Assembly: GCA_964415615.1 (NCBI GenBank)
Contig: CAYQAW010000004.1
Location: forward strand, 21,543 to 85,542
Origin: an uncultured Gammaproteobacteria bacterium
Lineage (GTDB): Bacteria; Patescibacteriota; Microgenomatia; Daviesbacterales; UBA10151
Length of the DNA: 64,000 nucleotides
Reading direction: 5' to 3'
Position numbers and translations under genes: made by a program. Positions 9,158-17,622 of this stretch are shown piece by piece; position 1 is the stretch's first letter, and each line of letters opens with the position of its first letter. Under the pieces are notes generated by a model. The model saw nothing but the letters and a program-made list of their open reading frames with translations, had not been told where the DNA came from and ran no database searches.

Positions 9158-10204
9158 ATGGTAATAGATCGAGAACAAAGAATTCTAGCAGTTAGAGAAG
9201 TTATAGCCAACTATCCAACTGAACAACTGCCTCATCCGCAGATAGCTTTACTTGCCGAAGTAGGGATTAGGGCTGCCTTAGCTTCTGCAAAGATAGCGAG
9301 AGCTGTTTTTGAAGGAACCAACCCAACTAATCTGCAGATTGAATGGAAGCAAGATGCAACCGCACGTACAGTTGCAGACGTAGAAGGTGATATTGCTATA
9401 GTGAAAGTAATTCAGTCATTGAGGCCTCAGGATAACATTTATATTGAAGAATCAGGTTTCCATAAAGGGGTGGTAAGCCCTCAGCGGAATGGAGAAAGTG
9501 GGATCACCTGGGATGCAGATTCTTTAGACGGGACTCGTGCTTTTACCGAATTTAAACCTTGGTCTGTTTGTGCAGTCGGAGCACGTGATGATAAAGACTA
9601 TCTTCTGGGAGTGGTTGCTCATCCTTTTCGACAAAATTTAGCCTTTGCTATAAGAGGTATGGGAGCATATTCGGCTTCATATAAGGACAACTTAGGGTTA
9701 AAAGTACAACAAATGAGATTAAGGGATAAAGCTACTTTTGCTGGAGCAACTGTAGCAGTAGATTCTTATTGGGGGCCAGCAAACTATGATAGAAAAGCCC
9801 AAGTTCTTAGAGCAATAAACATGAATGCATTTATGAATGGTGGGTTTGTTTCACAAGACGCCGTTGCCAGCAACATTGCTTATCAACTTGATGTAGCTCA
9901 AGGCCTGACTGATTTTGGGATAACTGACTTTATACCAGCAGCTCAAGGTTCTTGGGATTGGAGAGTGGGAGAAGCTTTAATTATAGAAGCAGGAGGAGTA
10001 ATGGTTGATCCTATTACAGGCAATAGGCCTACCAATGTTTCACAAGTAGTGATATATGGTAATAAAAAGCTTGTGGACTTAATATTACCCACAGCGCAAG
10101 CAGCTTATGAAAATTATAAAGGGTTTATAGATTATGATTTTAATCAATGGAGGCAGACTCAAAGTATTCTACATCCTGAGGGGTACCAAGGCCCCAAACA
10201 GTAG
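9158..10204 (+). CDS. Inositol monophosphatase / FIG superfamily phosphatase
   Basis: T.AD..GD, EES, DSLDGTRAF (cf. DPLDGT.NF), SWD, EAGG metal-binding motifs. Confidence 0.82.
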   Translation: MVIDREQRILAVREVIANYPTEQLPHPQIALLAEVGIRAALASAKIARAVFEGTNPTNLQIEWKQDATARTVADVEGDIAIVKVIQSLRPQDNIYIEESGFHKGVVSPQRNGESGITWDADSLDGTRAFTEFKPWSVCAVGARDDKDYLLGVVAHPFRQNLAFAIRGMGAYSASYKDNLGLKVQQMRLRDKATFAGATVAVDSYWGPANYDRKAQVLRAINMNAFMNGGFVSQDAVASNIAYQLDVAQGLTDFGITDFIPAAQGSWDWRVGEALIIEAGGVMVDPITGNRPTNVSQVVIYGNKKLVDLILPTAQAAYENYKGFIDYDFNQWRQTQSILHPEGYQGPKQ

Positions 10205-10913
10205 GAGTAATAGCTGCTACTATCTTCATCCCCTTCTTAATGAGTCTTTGGTAAATAGGAGCAACATAAAATTCTTTCTTACCCTCATTCCCTGTTAAAT
10301 CATTTTCTGCGATTGCTTCTTCTACTTCCTTAACAAAGATATTTCCATGGCTAAAATAATACCCGCCGATATTTGCGAGAGCTCCTTGATCTGCCAAGGT
10401 TTTATCCTTTTCTCCAACAGCTATAATGACATCTCCTTTTTCAACTAAGGAAAAACTCCATTTAGGATCTTTATCTGGGGGAACAAATACCGGAATTATC
10501 CCTTGTGTTTGAGTATCATTATTAATGATCTTTTGATGTAGAAAGCTTCCGTCGAAGTAATGGTCTGAATCAGAGATGAGGATATCTTCATCTGAGTTGA
10601 TATACTCTTTTGCCTTCAAAACCGTCTCTGATGCGCCTCTTGTGATCTGGTCAATTAATATGATTTTAATATTATTACCGAAAAGGTCTTTTAAAGATTG
10701 GCAGATCCGAAAGTTGTTTTCATGCTCTTGTAGACAAATAAAAAGTAGATTACTGGGATCAATCTTGAATCCTTTTAAGGATTCAATTGCCCAGACAATC
10801 ATTGGTTTTCCTGAAACGTTTATCAAAGGTTTAGGCTTTTTATATTCAGGATTAGAATCAGCAGCAGCTAAAAATCTTGATCCTTTACCAGCCATCGGTA
10901 TGATAATTTTCAT
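10140..10913 (-). CDS. Nucleotidyltransferase/GT-A fold protein, BcbE-like (copy 1)
   Basis: IIPMAGKGSRF, PKPLI.V.GKPMI, TRGASETV, DSD, EK, GGYYF, EFYVAPIY, GLGTPQD. Confidence 0.8.
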   Translation of the reverse strand: MKIIIPMAGKGSRFLAAADSNPEYKKPKPLINVSGKPMIVWAIESLKGFKIDPSNLLFICLQEHENNFRICQSLKDLFGNNIKIILIDQITRGASETVLKAKEYINSDEDILISDSDHYFDGSFLHQKIINNDTQTQGIIPVFVPPDKDPKWSFSLVEKGDVIIAVGEKDKTLADQGALANIGGYYFSHGNIFVKEVEEAIAENDLTGNEGKKEFYVAPIYQRLIKKGMKIVAAITPTVWGLGTPQDVEYFESASID

Positions 10914-10921
10914 CTGTTTTT

Positions 10922-11650
10922 TTACGAAGATAGATATTTACTCAGATCTTCAGGAGTTCCCAATCCATGCATTTGTGATTGTTTTATTTCCCAAATTACG
11001 ATTTTCTTTCCTGACAAAATCATCTCGTTAAAAATAGGACAGACATAAAAATCGTTGTTGAACCTAATGTCTTTAATAATCATAGAGAAAGCTGCTTCTA
11101 CAAAAAGAGTACCTTTTTTAAAATAGTAGATTCCTGCTGTGGCGTGATTGGAGATAACCTTTTTTTCGGCTGTTTCCAAGACCTGCCCCTTCTTATTCAC
11201 TCGGGCATAACTCCATTTTGGGTGCTGAGAGTTAAAGGTTAAAATTGCACCATCAGACTTAGATTTTCTAGCAAAGCTTATAAACTGATTGATGTCAGTA
11301 TCGAGTATTTGATCAGCATTGGCTACTATTAATTCATCATCGTTATCTATCAAATCAACTGCAGTAAGCACTGTACAGGCAGCTCCTTGAGTAGAAGCTG
11401 TTAACTGGACTGTTTGAAAATTGATTCCAGCAGCATTACGAAAAATTTGGTTCATCGAATAATTATCATAGTGATCTTTTTTGCATACTAAAATAAATTG
11501 ATGAGGAATCTTTGGTCTTAAGTTTTCAATCACTAATTGAATCATTGGTTTACCATTAATGTCAATTAAAGGTTTGGGGAAAGTATATCCTGCATTTTGA
11601 AAGCTATTTCCTGATCCAGATAATGGTATAACGATATTTAACTTCTTCAT
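10922..11650 (-). CDS. Nucleotidyltransferase/GT-A fold protein, BcbE-like (copy 2)
   Basis: VIPLSGSGNSF, PKPLIDINGKPMI, TQGAACTVL, NADQ, HPKWSY, AEKKVIS, GIYYF, FYVCPIFN, GLGTPEDL. Confidence 0.8.
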   Translation of the reverse strand: MKKLNIVIPLSGSGNSFQNAGYTFPKPLIDINGKPMIQLVIENLRPKIPHQFILVCKKDHYDNYSMNQIFRNAAGINFQTVQLTASTQGAACTVLTAVDLIDNDDELIVANADQILDTDINQFISFARKSKSDGAILTFNSQHPKWSYARVNKKGQVLETAEKKVISNHATAGIYYFKKGTLFVEAAFSMIIKDIRFNNDFYVCPIFNEMILSGKKIVIWEIKQSQMHGLGTPEDLSKYLSS

Positions 11651-11655
11651 AAGCT

Positions 11656-12267
11656 TTAGACTAAATTTAGATCTGTAAACATTGACAAATTTACATCCTC
11701 TTGGCCTTTTACAGCAATGACTTTTGCTCCAGCTGTTTTTGCAGCTTGTATACCATGTAGAGCATCTTCAACAATGATAGTCTCGTTTGGTTTAACTTTA
11801 AGTAGTTTAAAGGTTGCCAAATAGATATCTGGTGAAGGCTTTGGTTTAAACCCTTCGTCGTTACCAATAATAAACTCAAAAAAATTGTCTAAATAGGCCC
11901 CTTTTAACATATTTAATACTGAATATTTTTGAGCATTACTACAACAGGCCAATTTATAGCCTGCCCTTTTAAGATTTGTCAGCAAAATTTGTTTTTCATG
12001 AGTCGGTTTGCAAAGTTGAATAACCTTTTCATCGGTATACTTTCTTTTTAAAGCTTTTATAACTTTATGCAACCCTTGCGGCAAGCCTTCTCTTTGGGTT
12101 AGCAGTTTTAATTTTTCCGCTGTAGGTAAACCATTATAAAGACTATCATGTTCCTCTCTGCTGATTTCATAACTAAATAACTTTAGGGCTTGGTTTAAGG
12201 CTTCGTAATGCCATTCAACAGCGTCGACTAGAACTCCATCTAGATCAAAAATGATTGCTTTAATCAT
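11656..12267 (-). CDS. HAD-superfamily phosphatase (subfamily IA)
   Basis: FDLDGVLVD (motif I), CCSN (II), KPSPDIY (III), VEDALHG (IV). Start at ATG 12267 (MIKAII). Confidence 0.92.
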   Translation of the reverse strand: MIKAIIFDLDGVLVDAVEWHYEALNQALKLFSYEISREEHDSLYNGLPTAEKLKLLTQREGLPQGLHKVIKALKRKYTDEKVIQLCKPTHEKQILLTNLKRAGYKLACCSNAQKYSVLNMLKGAYLDNFFEFIIGNDEGFKPKPSPDIYLATFKLLKVKPNETIIVEDALHGIQAAKTAGAKVIAVKGQEDVNLSMFTDLNLV

Positions 12268-12294
12268 AAGGCTTGTAATATTATATACCATAAT

Positions 12295-15030
12295 ATGCTT
12301 CGGATTTCTTCTGTTAAACTTATTATAGTATTTTTATTAATACCCTTAATTTTAAATAGTATTTGGTTTAGTAATGGTTTATTGCACGGAGGAGGCGAAG
12401 AGGGAATTTTGTACTATAACCCTGAAAAAATCTTGCGTCTCTCAACTTCTGTTTGGGTTGATTTTACAGCTGGCGCTTCTGTGATGTTGTGGTTGCAACA
12501 AATGCCTGTGGCTTATCTTTCCATGGTATTTGAAAAATTTGGTTTACCGCATTTCCTTTTCCAAGCAATAATTTTTTATACCCTTATGACTATTGGGGTA
12601 TTTTCGACCTATTATTTAACGCTTACTGTACTGAAAAAAGACGAAGAGGATGATGCTGCAAGCAATAAAAATTCAAAGATTATTGCTTTTATTTCAGCCG
12701 TTTTCTATCTATTTAACCCTTTTACGATCAGTCAGATTTGGGGAAGAAGTCTATCTACGCAATACTTTGCATTTGCTCTTTTTCCATTGACTCTTTTGCT
12801 GTTTTACCTAGGCTTTAATAGAAAGAAATATATTTTTGGGCTTTTTGCTGTGTTAGCATCCTCTGCATTGGCTCTGGCGTATCAATTTTTGACTTTTATA
12901 ATTGTTTATTGGCTAGTAATATTAATTTTTTTCATCCATAGGTTAGTTATATCTAATAATAGAACTAAAGAAGCACTTTTTGGTATTAAGTTTTTTTTCT
13001 TAACCTCTATTTTCTGGTTTTTTCTAAATGCCTGGTGGTTTGTGCCGTTATTCTTATCTTTTGGGAATATTAACTCGGTTGGTACGCCTCACGCAGAAGA
13101 TAATTTAGGATCACTTTTAGGCGTAAGCAGGAATTATCCCTTAGAGGTAATTGTTAGGTTATTACATAAGGGGTATTTTTTTGATTTTACAGCATATAGC
13201 CAGATTTATTCTACAATCCCTTTCCAGCTTATAAGCCTTGTTCCATTTCTTCTGGTAATTTTGGGGCTTATTAAGATATTAAAAAACAAAGAACAGGTAA
13301 AGCTAAGGTTTTTTGTTATATTGCTTGTATTGGGTTGTATTATTTCAGCAGGAGCTAACCCGCCTTTTGGATGGTTGTTTGTATGGCTTTTCAAATCAGT
13401 ATTTGTACTACAAGCTTTTAGGAACCCTTTTGAGAAATTTGGCCTTGTTTACGCTTTAGGTTACAGTGTTATATTTGCCTATGGATTGGTTTATTTCTTA
13501 AATAACAAGAAATCTAAAAAATTCTTGCTTTTCTTAGTGCTTTTCTTAACCTGTATTGTTTATGCTTGGCCGATGTGGACTGGAAGGGTAATTGCCGGAT
13601 ATGACAAAAAGATCGGTCTGGATATACCTACATATTATAGCGATTTACGGAAGTGGTTGAGCGAGCGAGGAGAAGATTATAGAGTACTGATGACACCGAT
13701 ATGGGTAGGAGATTCAGCTTTCTACCAATGGAATGATGCAGCTAGATATCAGGGTAGCGATCCAATGATTTATATGTTAGACCAGGGGGTAATTTCAAAT
13801 AGCGCCCGTGGAGCTTATTATTCGGAGTTTATTACTTATGTAAGAAATCATATGCAAAGGGAGGATGTTGTTCCAGCGCTTTTCCTTCTTAGGACAAAAT
13901 TTCTAGTAGACAGAAAAGATGCAATTTTAGTTACTGATACAGAGAAAGAGCATTATAAGTTTTTGGCATCAAATATATATCCTCCTTTAGGGAAAGACAG
14001 TAATCTTAAAAGCATCTGCCAAAATAAAATCGCAGACGCTAAGCCTACTGGTGTGGCTTGGGTTACTTGTACTCTCAATAAGGAAAATACCGACTTAAGT
14101 AATATAAAGTATTTGCATATTAAAATAAAAACTGATGTTCCTGCTAGTGTGGAAGTATCATTGCGGGATACAAAAGATGCAGGGATTGTATGGCATGGAA
14201 GAGTGGACCCGGAATATAGTACAGATACTAATGACTGGCAGTATATAACTATTCCTTTAAGGAGTCCGGCTGACAACAATAGTAATATAGATTTATCTAA
14301 AAGTAACCTAATTGAGATATGGGCATATCTTAAGGATCATCCAGAAGTATCGGTTAATAAGATTGAAATTGCAGAGATTAAGCTTGATCCAGGGACAGAA
14401 AAACGGATAAATGAATTTAGACAAGTAGCGGAGCTTGGTAAGTTAACAGTTTTTGAACCAACTAATTTTAACTCTCCGCCTGAGTTTGGGAGTTTATCGT
14501 CAATTGCGAAAGTTCAAGGATTTAGTCAATTATTTGAGAAAGCAAATGAGGACAGAAGCCAAATTGACAAGAAGGGGTTTGTCTTAACTTCGCAGAATCT
14601 CCAGAAGGATCTGCAGAGTTTACCGGATGAAGTCCCTTTGAGAATTATTGATAAAAATAAGCTTTCTGAAACCAGGTATTGGTTGCAAGCTGCTAAGGAC
14701 CAAGGCGCAGGTTTATTACTGCTTAGTAAGACTTTTGATCCTAATTGGAAAGTTATTGCAGGAGTGAGTAAAGATAGACTTTCGGGTAATATCTTTGACG
14801 ATTTAAAGTTACTTAAACTAGCTACTTTACCAGAGGACAATCATTTCGTGGTTAATGGCTATGCTAATTTATGGAAGATTGATGGCAAGGATAATCAGTA
14901 TGCGATTGTATTTATCCCACAGATAATTGCAGAAATAAGCTTAAAGGTTTCGATATTCAGCTTGCTAATTATTTCTGGGCTTATTTTATTATGGGGAATC
15001 AAAAAACGTATAATTTCAAAATTCTATTAA
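12295..15030 (+). CDS. Large polytopic membrane protein, putative GT-C glycosyltransferase (AftD/YfhO-like) with carbohydrate-binding-like extracellular insert
   Basis: Many N-terminal TM segments, GGGEEG, YLFNP, FRNPFEKF, RVLMTP, C-terminal VNGYANLW plus TM anchor; beta-rich insert near 14050-14400. Confidence 0.65.
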   Translation: MLRISSVKLIIVFLLIPLILNSIWFSNGLLHGGGEEGILYYNPEKILRLSTSVWVDFTAGASVMLWLQQMPVAYLSMVFEKFGLPHFLFQAIIFYTLMTIGVFSTYYLTLTVLKKDEEDDAASNKNSKIIAFISAVFYLFNPFTISQIWGRSLSTQYFAFALFPLTLLLFYLGFNRKKYIFGLFAVLASSALALAYQFLTFIIVYWLVILIFFIHRLVISNNRTKEALFGIKFFFLTSIFWFFLNAWWFVPLFLSFGNINSVGTPHAEDNLGSLLGVSRNYPLEVIVRLLHKGYFFDFTAYSQIYSTIPFQLISLVPFLLVILGLIKILKNKEQVKLRFFVILLVLGCIISAGANPPFGWLFVWLFKSVFVLQAFRNPFEKFGLVYALGYSVIFAYGLVYFLNNKKSKKFLLFLVLFLTCIVYAWPMWTGRVIAGYDKKIGLDIPTYYSDLRKWLSERGEDYRVLMTPIWVGDSAFYQWNDAARYQGSDPMIYMLDQGVISNSARGAYYSEFITYVRNHMQREDVVPALFLLRTKFLVDRKDAILVTDTEKEHYKFLASNIYPPLGKDSNLKSICQNKIADAKPTGVAWVTCTLNKENTDLSNIKYLHIKIKTDVPASVEVSLRDTKDAGIVWHGRVDPEYSTDTNDWQYITIPLRSPADNNSNIDLSKSNLIEIWAYLKDHPEVSVNKIEIAEIKLDPGTEKRINEFRQVAELGKLTVFEPTNFNSPPEFGSLSSIAKVQGFSQLFEKANEDRSQIDKKGFVLTSQNLQKDLQSLPDEVPLRIIDKNKLSETRYWLQAAKDQGAGLLLLSKTFDPNWKVIAGVSKDRLSGNIFDDLKLLKLATLPEDNHFVVNGYANLWKIDGKDNQYAIVFIPQIIAEISLKVSIFSLLIISGLILLWGIKKRIISKFY

Positions 15031-16019
15031 GATAATAATTCTTCTTTACCCGAAGAAGCAGCTTTACTAATAGCATCAAGCACCTTAATAATGTTTACAG
15101 CCTCATCTATTCCTGGTAGTGGTTTAAAGGAAAGGTTTTTTCCAGATAAGTAATCATCAACAACCTTGACTTCTATTGCAGTTGTTAAAGTTTGATTATT
15201 TGCTAAATCTATCACTTGAGGAGTTTTGTTACTTTGTTGATGAAAAAGGAGAAGGTTAGATTTATTATGACTTCTCAGTTCTCCGCGTTCACACTCAACA
15301 ATTAGGTCTGTGCCGCTTTTGTTTCGGGAAGTAGTAGCATCTAATTCAACTTGGGCAAATAAGCCGGAAACGAAAGCTAGCTCTATATGATAACTAGCAG
15401 GATAGTTTTTGGTTTCTTGTTTTATGATTTGAGCTTTTAATTTTACAACTGGCTCGTTTGCAATCCAGCAAGCCAGATCAATAGCATGTGATCCAGCAAT
15501 ATAAAGGAAGTCTTCATTTTTTCTTAAAGGTTTTCTTTGTTGGTATTCATTTACATCATGGAAATAAGTTGTTTTAATGGTTTTTAGAGCTCCCAAGCCG
15601 CTTGAGGTAAGGAGTTTCTTAGTCTCTGTAAAGGTAGGAGTTAAGCGATAATTTTGTCCTACTATTATAGTAGCATTGTTTTGATGAGCAAGCTTTTGCA
15701 GGTACAAAGCATCTTTGAGACTTGTGGTAAAAGATTTTTCACACAAAACTGCTTTGTTATTTTTTATTGCCAAAGCAACATATTCTGTATGTTGGTCATC
15801 AGGGGTACAAACATGGACAAGGTTAGACCAATTAATTGCCTCTTCTAAATTATCAAAAATAATTACCTTAGCCTGGTTTTTTAATGTTTGTGCAGTCTCA
15901 GAGTTTTGAGTATATACACCAGCTTGAAATCCTAAATTTAGTTGTGCATCCAAATGCCTTTTTCCAGCAACACCTAAACCAATAATCAGTGGTTTAATAA
16001 TTTTGAATTCATCTGGCAT
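15027..16019 (-). CDS. Gfo/Idh/MocA family oxidoreductase
   Basis: IIGLGVAG, VCTPDDQH, VLCEK, VGQNYR, GSHAIDL. Start at ATG 16019, 6 nt after TATAAT. Confidence 0.88.
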   Translation of the reverse strand: MPDEFKIIKPLIIGLGVAGKRHLDAQLNLGFQAGVYTQNSETAQTLKNQAKVIIFDNLEEAINWSNLVHVCTPDDQHTEYVALAIKNNKAVLCEKSFTTSLKDALYLQKLAHQNNATIIVGQNYRLTPTFTETKKLLTSSGLGALKTIKTTYFHDVNEYQQRKPLRKNEDFLYIAGSHAIDLACWIANEPVVKLKAQIIKQETKNYPASYHIELAFVSGLFAQVELDATTSRNKSGTDLIVECERGELRSHNKSNLLLFHQQSNKTPQVIDLANNQTLTTAIEVKVVDDYLSGKNLSFKPLPGIDEAVNIIKVLDAISKAASSGKEELLS

Positions 16020-16025
16020 TAATGT

Positions 16026-16033
16026 ATTATACT
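16026..16033. promoter_or_regulatory. Overlapping bidirectional -10 elements
   Basis: ATTATACT reads TATAAT on - (16031-16026) and TATACT on + (16028-16033), between divergent ATGs at 16019 and 16044. Confidence 0.6.
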
Positions 16034-16043
16034 GCATAGATAT

Positions 16044-16904
16044 ATGACTGAAATAAGTGGTTTAAGAGATGTATTAATAGGTCAACAATTTGTTGATAGG
16101 GCAGTCACATATGCTGTTGCTCGCAATCCAGCTCTTTTAAAAATTGATCAGGAGAAGGTGTTTGGTTTAGCACGAAGAGCTGCTTCTGAGATGGTAACTT
16201 TTGAAGATTTAGCAAGGAATGAACCTTTGCGTATTCCAAACACTCCAGAGGAGTGCAAAAGAATAAAAGCAATTTACGATTTATCTTATGTGGGAACTTA
16301 CTTAAAAGGATATCGGGATGATCGATATCAAGGTACGCCTGGGACAGAATGGACAGATAGAAGAAGACTAAACTATACAGCCACTCTGATCAGGCGATTA
16401 ACTGAAACCATAACAGGTAACCGCTCCACAACTCCTTTAGGTATGAAGCTGAGTTCTCAGCAAATAGAACAATTAAGGTCAAATATTGAACAGTTTGGGC
16501 CTTATCTTATTTATGGTTCTACGTCAGAACAGAATGAAGATTTAGAGATAGCGCTTGAAGGACAAAATGTTATAATCCCCAAAAGTAAGGTCCATATTAT
16601 TGCTGATAGGCCTGTAAACACTAACACCTTAGATCAGGTACAGACTATTAGTTTGCCACCCCAGCTACGGGTGCAAAATGGTGATATTTTAGCAGTGGTC
16701 GCTCATGCTCCCCATTTGGTAAGATCCCTGCATATGTTAAATAGATACAAAACCTTGCCGAAAGGAATGATTGTTAAACCATACCCAATGCCAGCACCTT
16801 CTGTAGGCGGAGTAGATTTTGCTATTCGGGAAGTAAGTGGTTTATTGTACTATACATTTATCACTGAAGACGCTTCAGAAGAGATTTATCCTTATCAAAT
16901 TTAA
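16044..16904 (+). CDS. Hypothetical protein with weak YdcF/ElyC/SanA (DUF218)-like motifs
   Basis: 286-aa ORF; NTLDQ...ILAVVAHAPHLVRS resembles the DUF218 NT.EN...VT..H..RA pattern. Confidence 0.5.
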   Translation: MTEISGLRDVLIGQQFVDRAVTYAVARNPALLKIDQEKVFGLARRAASEMVTFEDLARNEPLRIPNTPEECKRIKAIYDLSYVGTYLKGYRDDRYQGTPGTEWTDRRRLNYTATLIRRLTETITGNRSTTPLGMKLSSQQIEQLRSNIEQFGPYLIYGSTSEQNEDLEIALEGQNVIIPKSKVHIIADRPVNTNTLDQVQTISLPPQLRVQNGDILAVVAHAPHLVRSLHMLNRYKTLPKGMIVKPYPMPAPSVGGVDFAIREVSGLLYYTFITEDASEEIYPYQI

Positions 16905-16909
16905 CTGGA

Positions 16910-17581
16910 ATGGAAATATTACTTATACGACACGCGGAACAATTGTATCCATATAATGAGCAGGGCAAGAAAATGGTGAGTGGTGTTGATGCTCCGCTTG
17001 TTGAATTGGGCAGGCAACAAATGAGGGAATTAAGGGAAGAATTAAAAAGGCAAGGAAGAATTTTAAATGCAGTCTATAGGAGTCCGCTTTTAAGGGCTAG
17101 ACAATCAGCTGATGAATTAGTAGGTAACTCTGATGTACCTATCTATGAAGTTGATAATTTAAAAGAAGGCTATCCTAATAGCGCTGAGGGTCATGCCTAT
17201 GATGAGTTAGAAGAAAGAGGAGGGGATATATATGCCCATTCTTTTGGGGAGCAAGAAAGCTTAGACCATCTTGTTGAGAGATCCAGGCAAGCTGTAAAAG
17301 AAATTTTGGAAAATGCTAATAACCATGGCTTTGAATCAATAGCAATTGTTGGCCACGGAGATCCGCTTTGTGCTTTACAGTGGGGTTTACATAATGAGGG
17401 TTTGCCTACAAGCTATGCAGAGATGAAAAAAGACTTTTATCCGCAAAAGGGTAAAGCTTATTTGTATCCAGTTTCTCAGCAAGAGCCTTTTAGGGTAACA
17501 GGCGAAGGGAGAATTTTTACAACAAAGGCTGCAAATGAAACCATTGAAGGTTTGCGGTCTGCCAATAAGGAAGGGGTCTAA
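16910..17581 (+). CDS. Histidine phosphatase (phosphoglycerate mutase-like) family protein
   Basis: LIRHAE, SPLLRARQSA, NLKE, ES, IVGHGD. Confidence 0.9.
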   Translation: MEILLIRHAEQLYPYNEQGKKMVSGVDAPLVELGRQQMRELREELKRQGRILNAVYRSPLLRARQSADELVGNSDVPIYEVDNLKEGYPNSAEGHAYDELEERGGDIYAHSFGEQESLDHLVERSRQAVKEILENANNHGFESIAIVGHGDPLCALQWGLHNEGLPTSYAEMKKDFYPQKGKAYLYPVSQQEPFRVTGEGRIFTTKAANETIEGLRSANKEGV

Positions 17582-17622
17582 AGACCTTATTTGTTTGCTT
17601 ACTGCTATAATCATAAGAAGAG

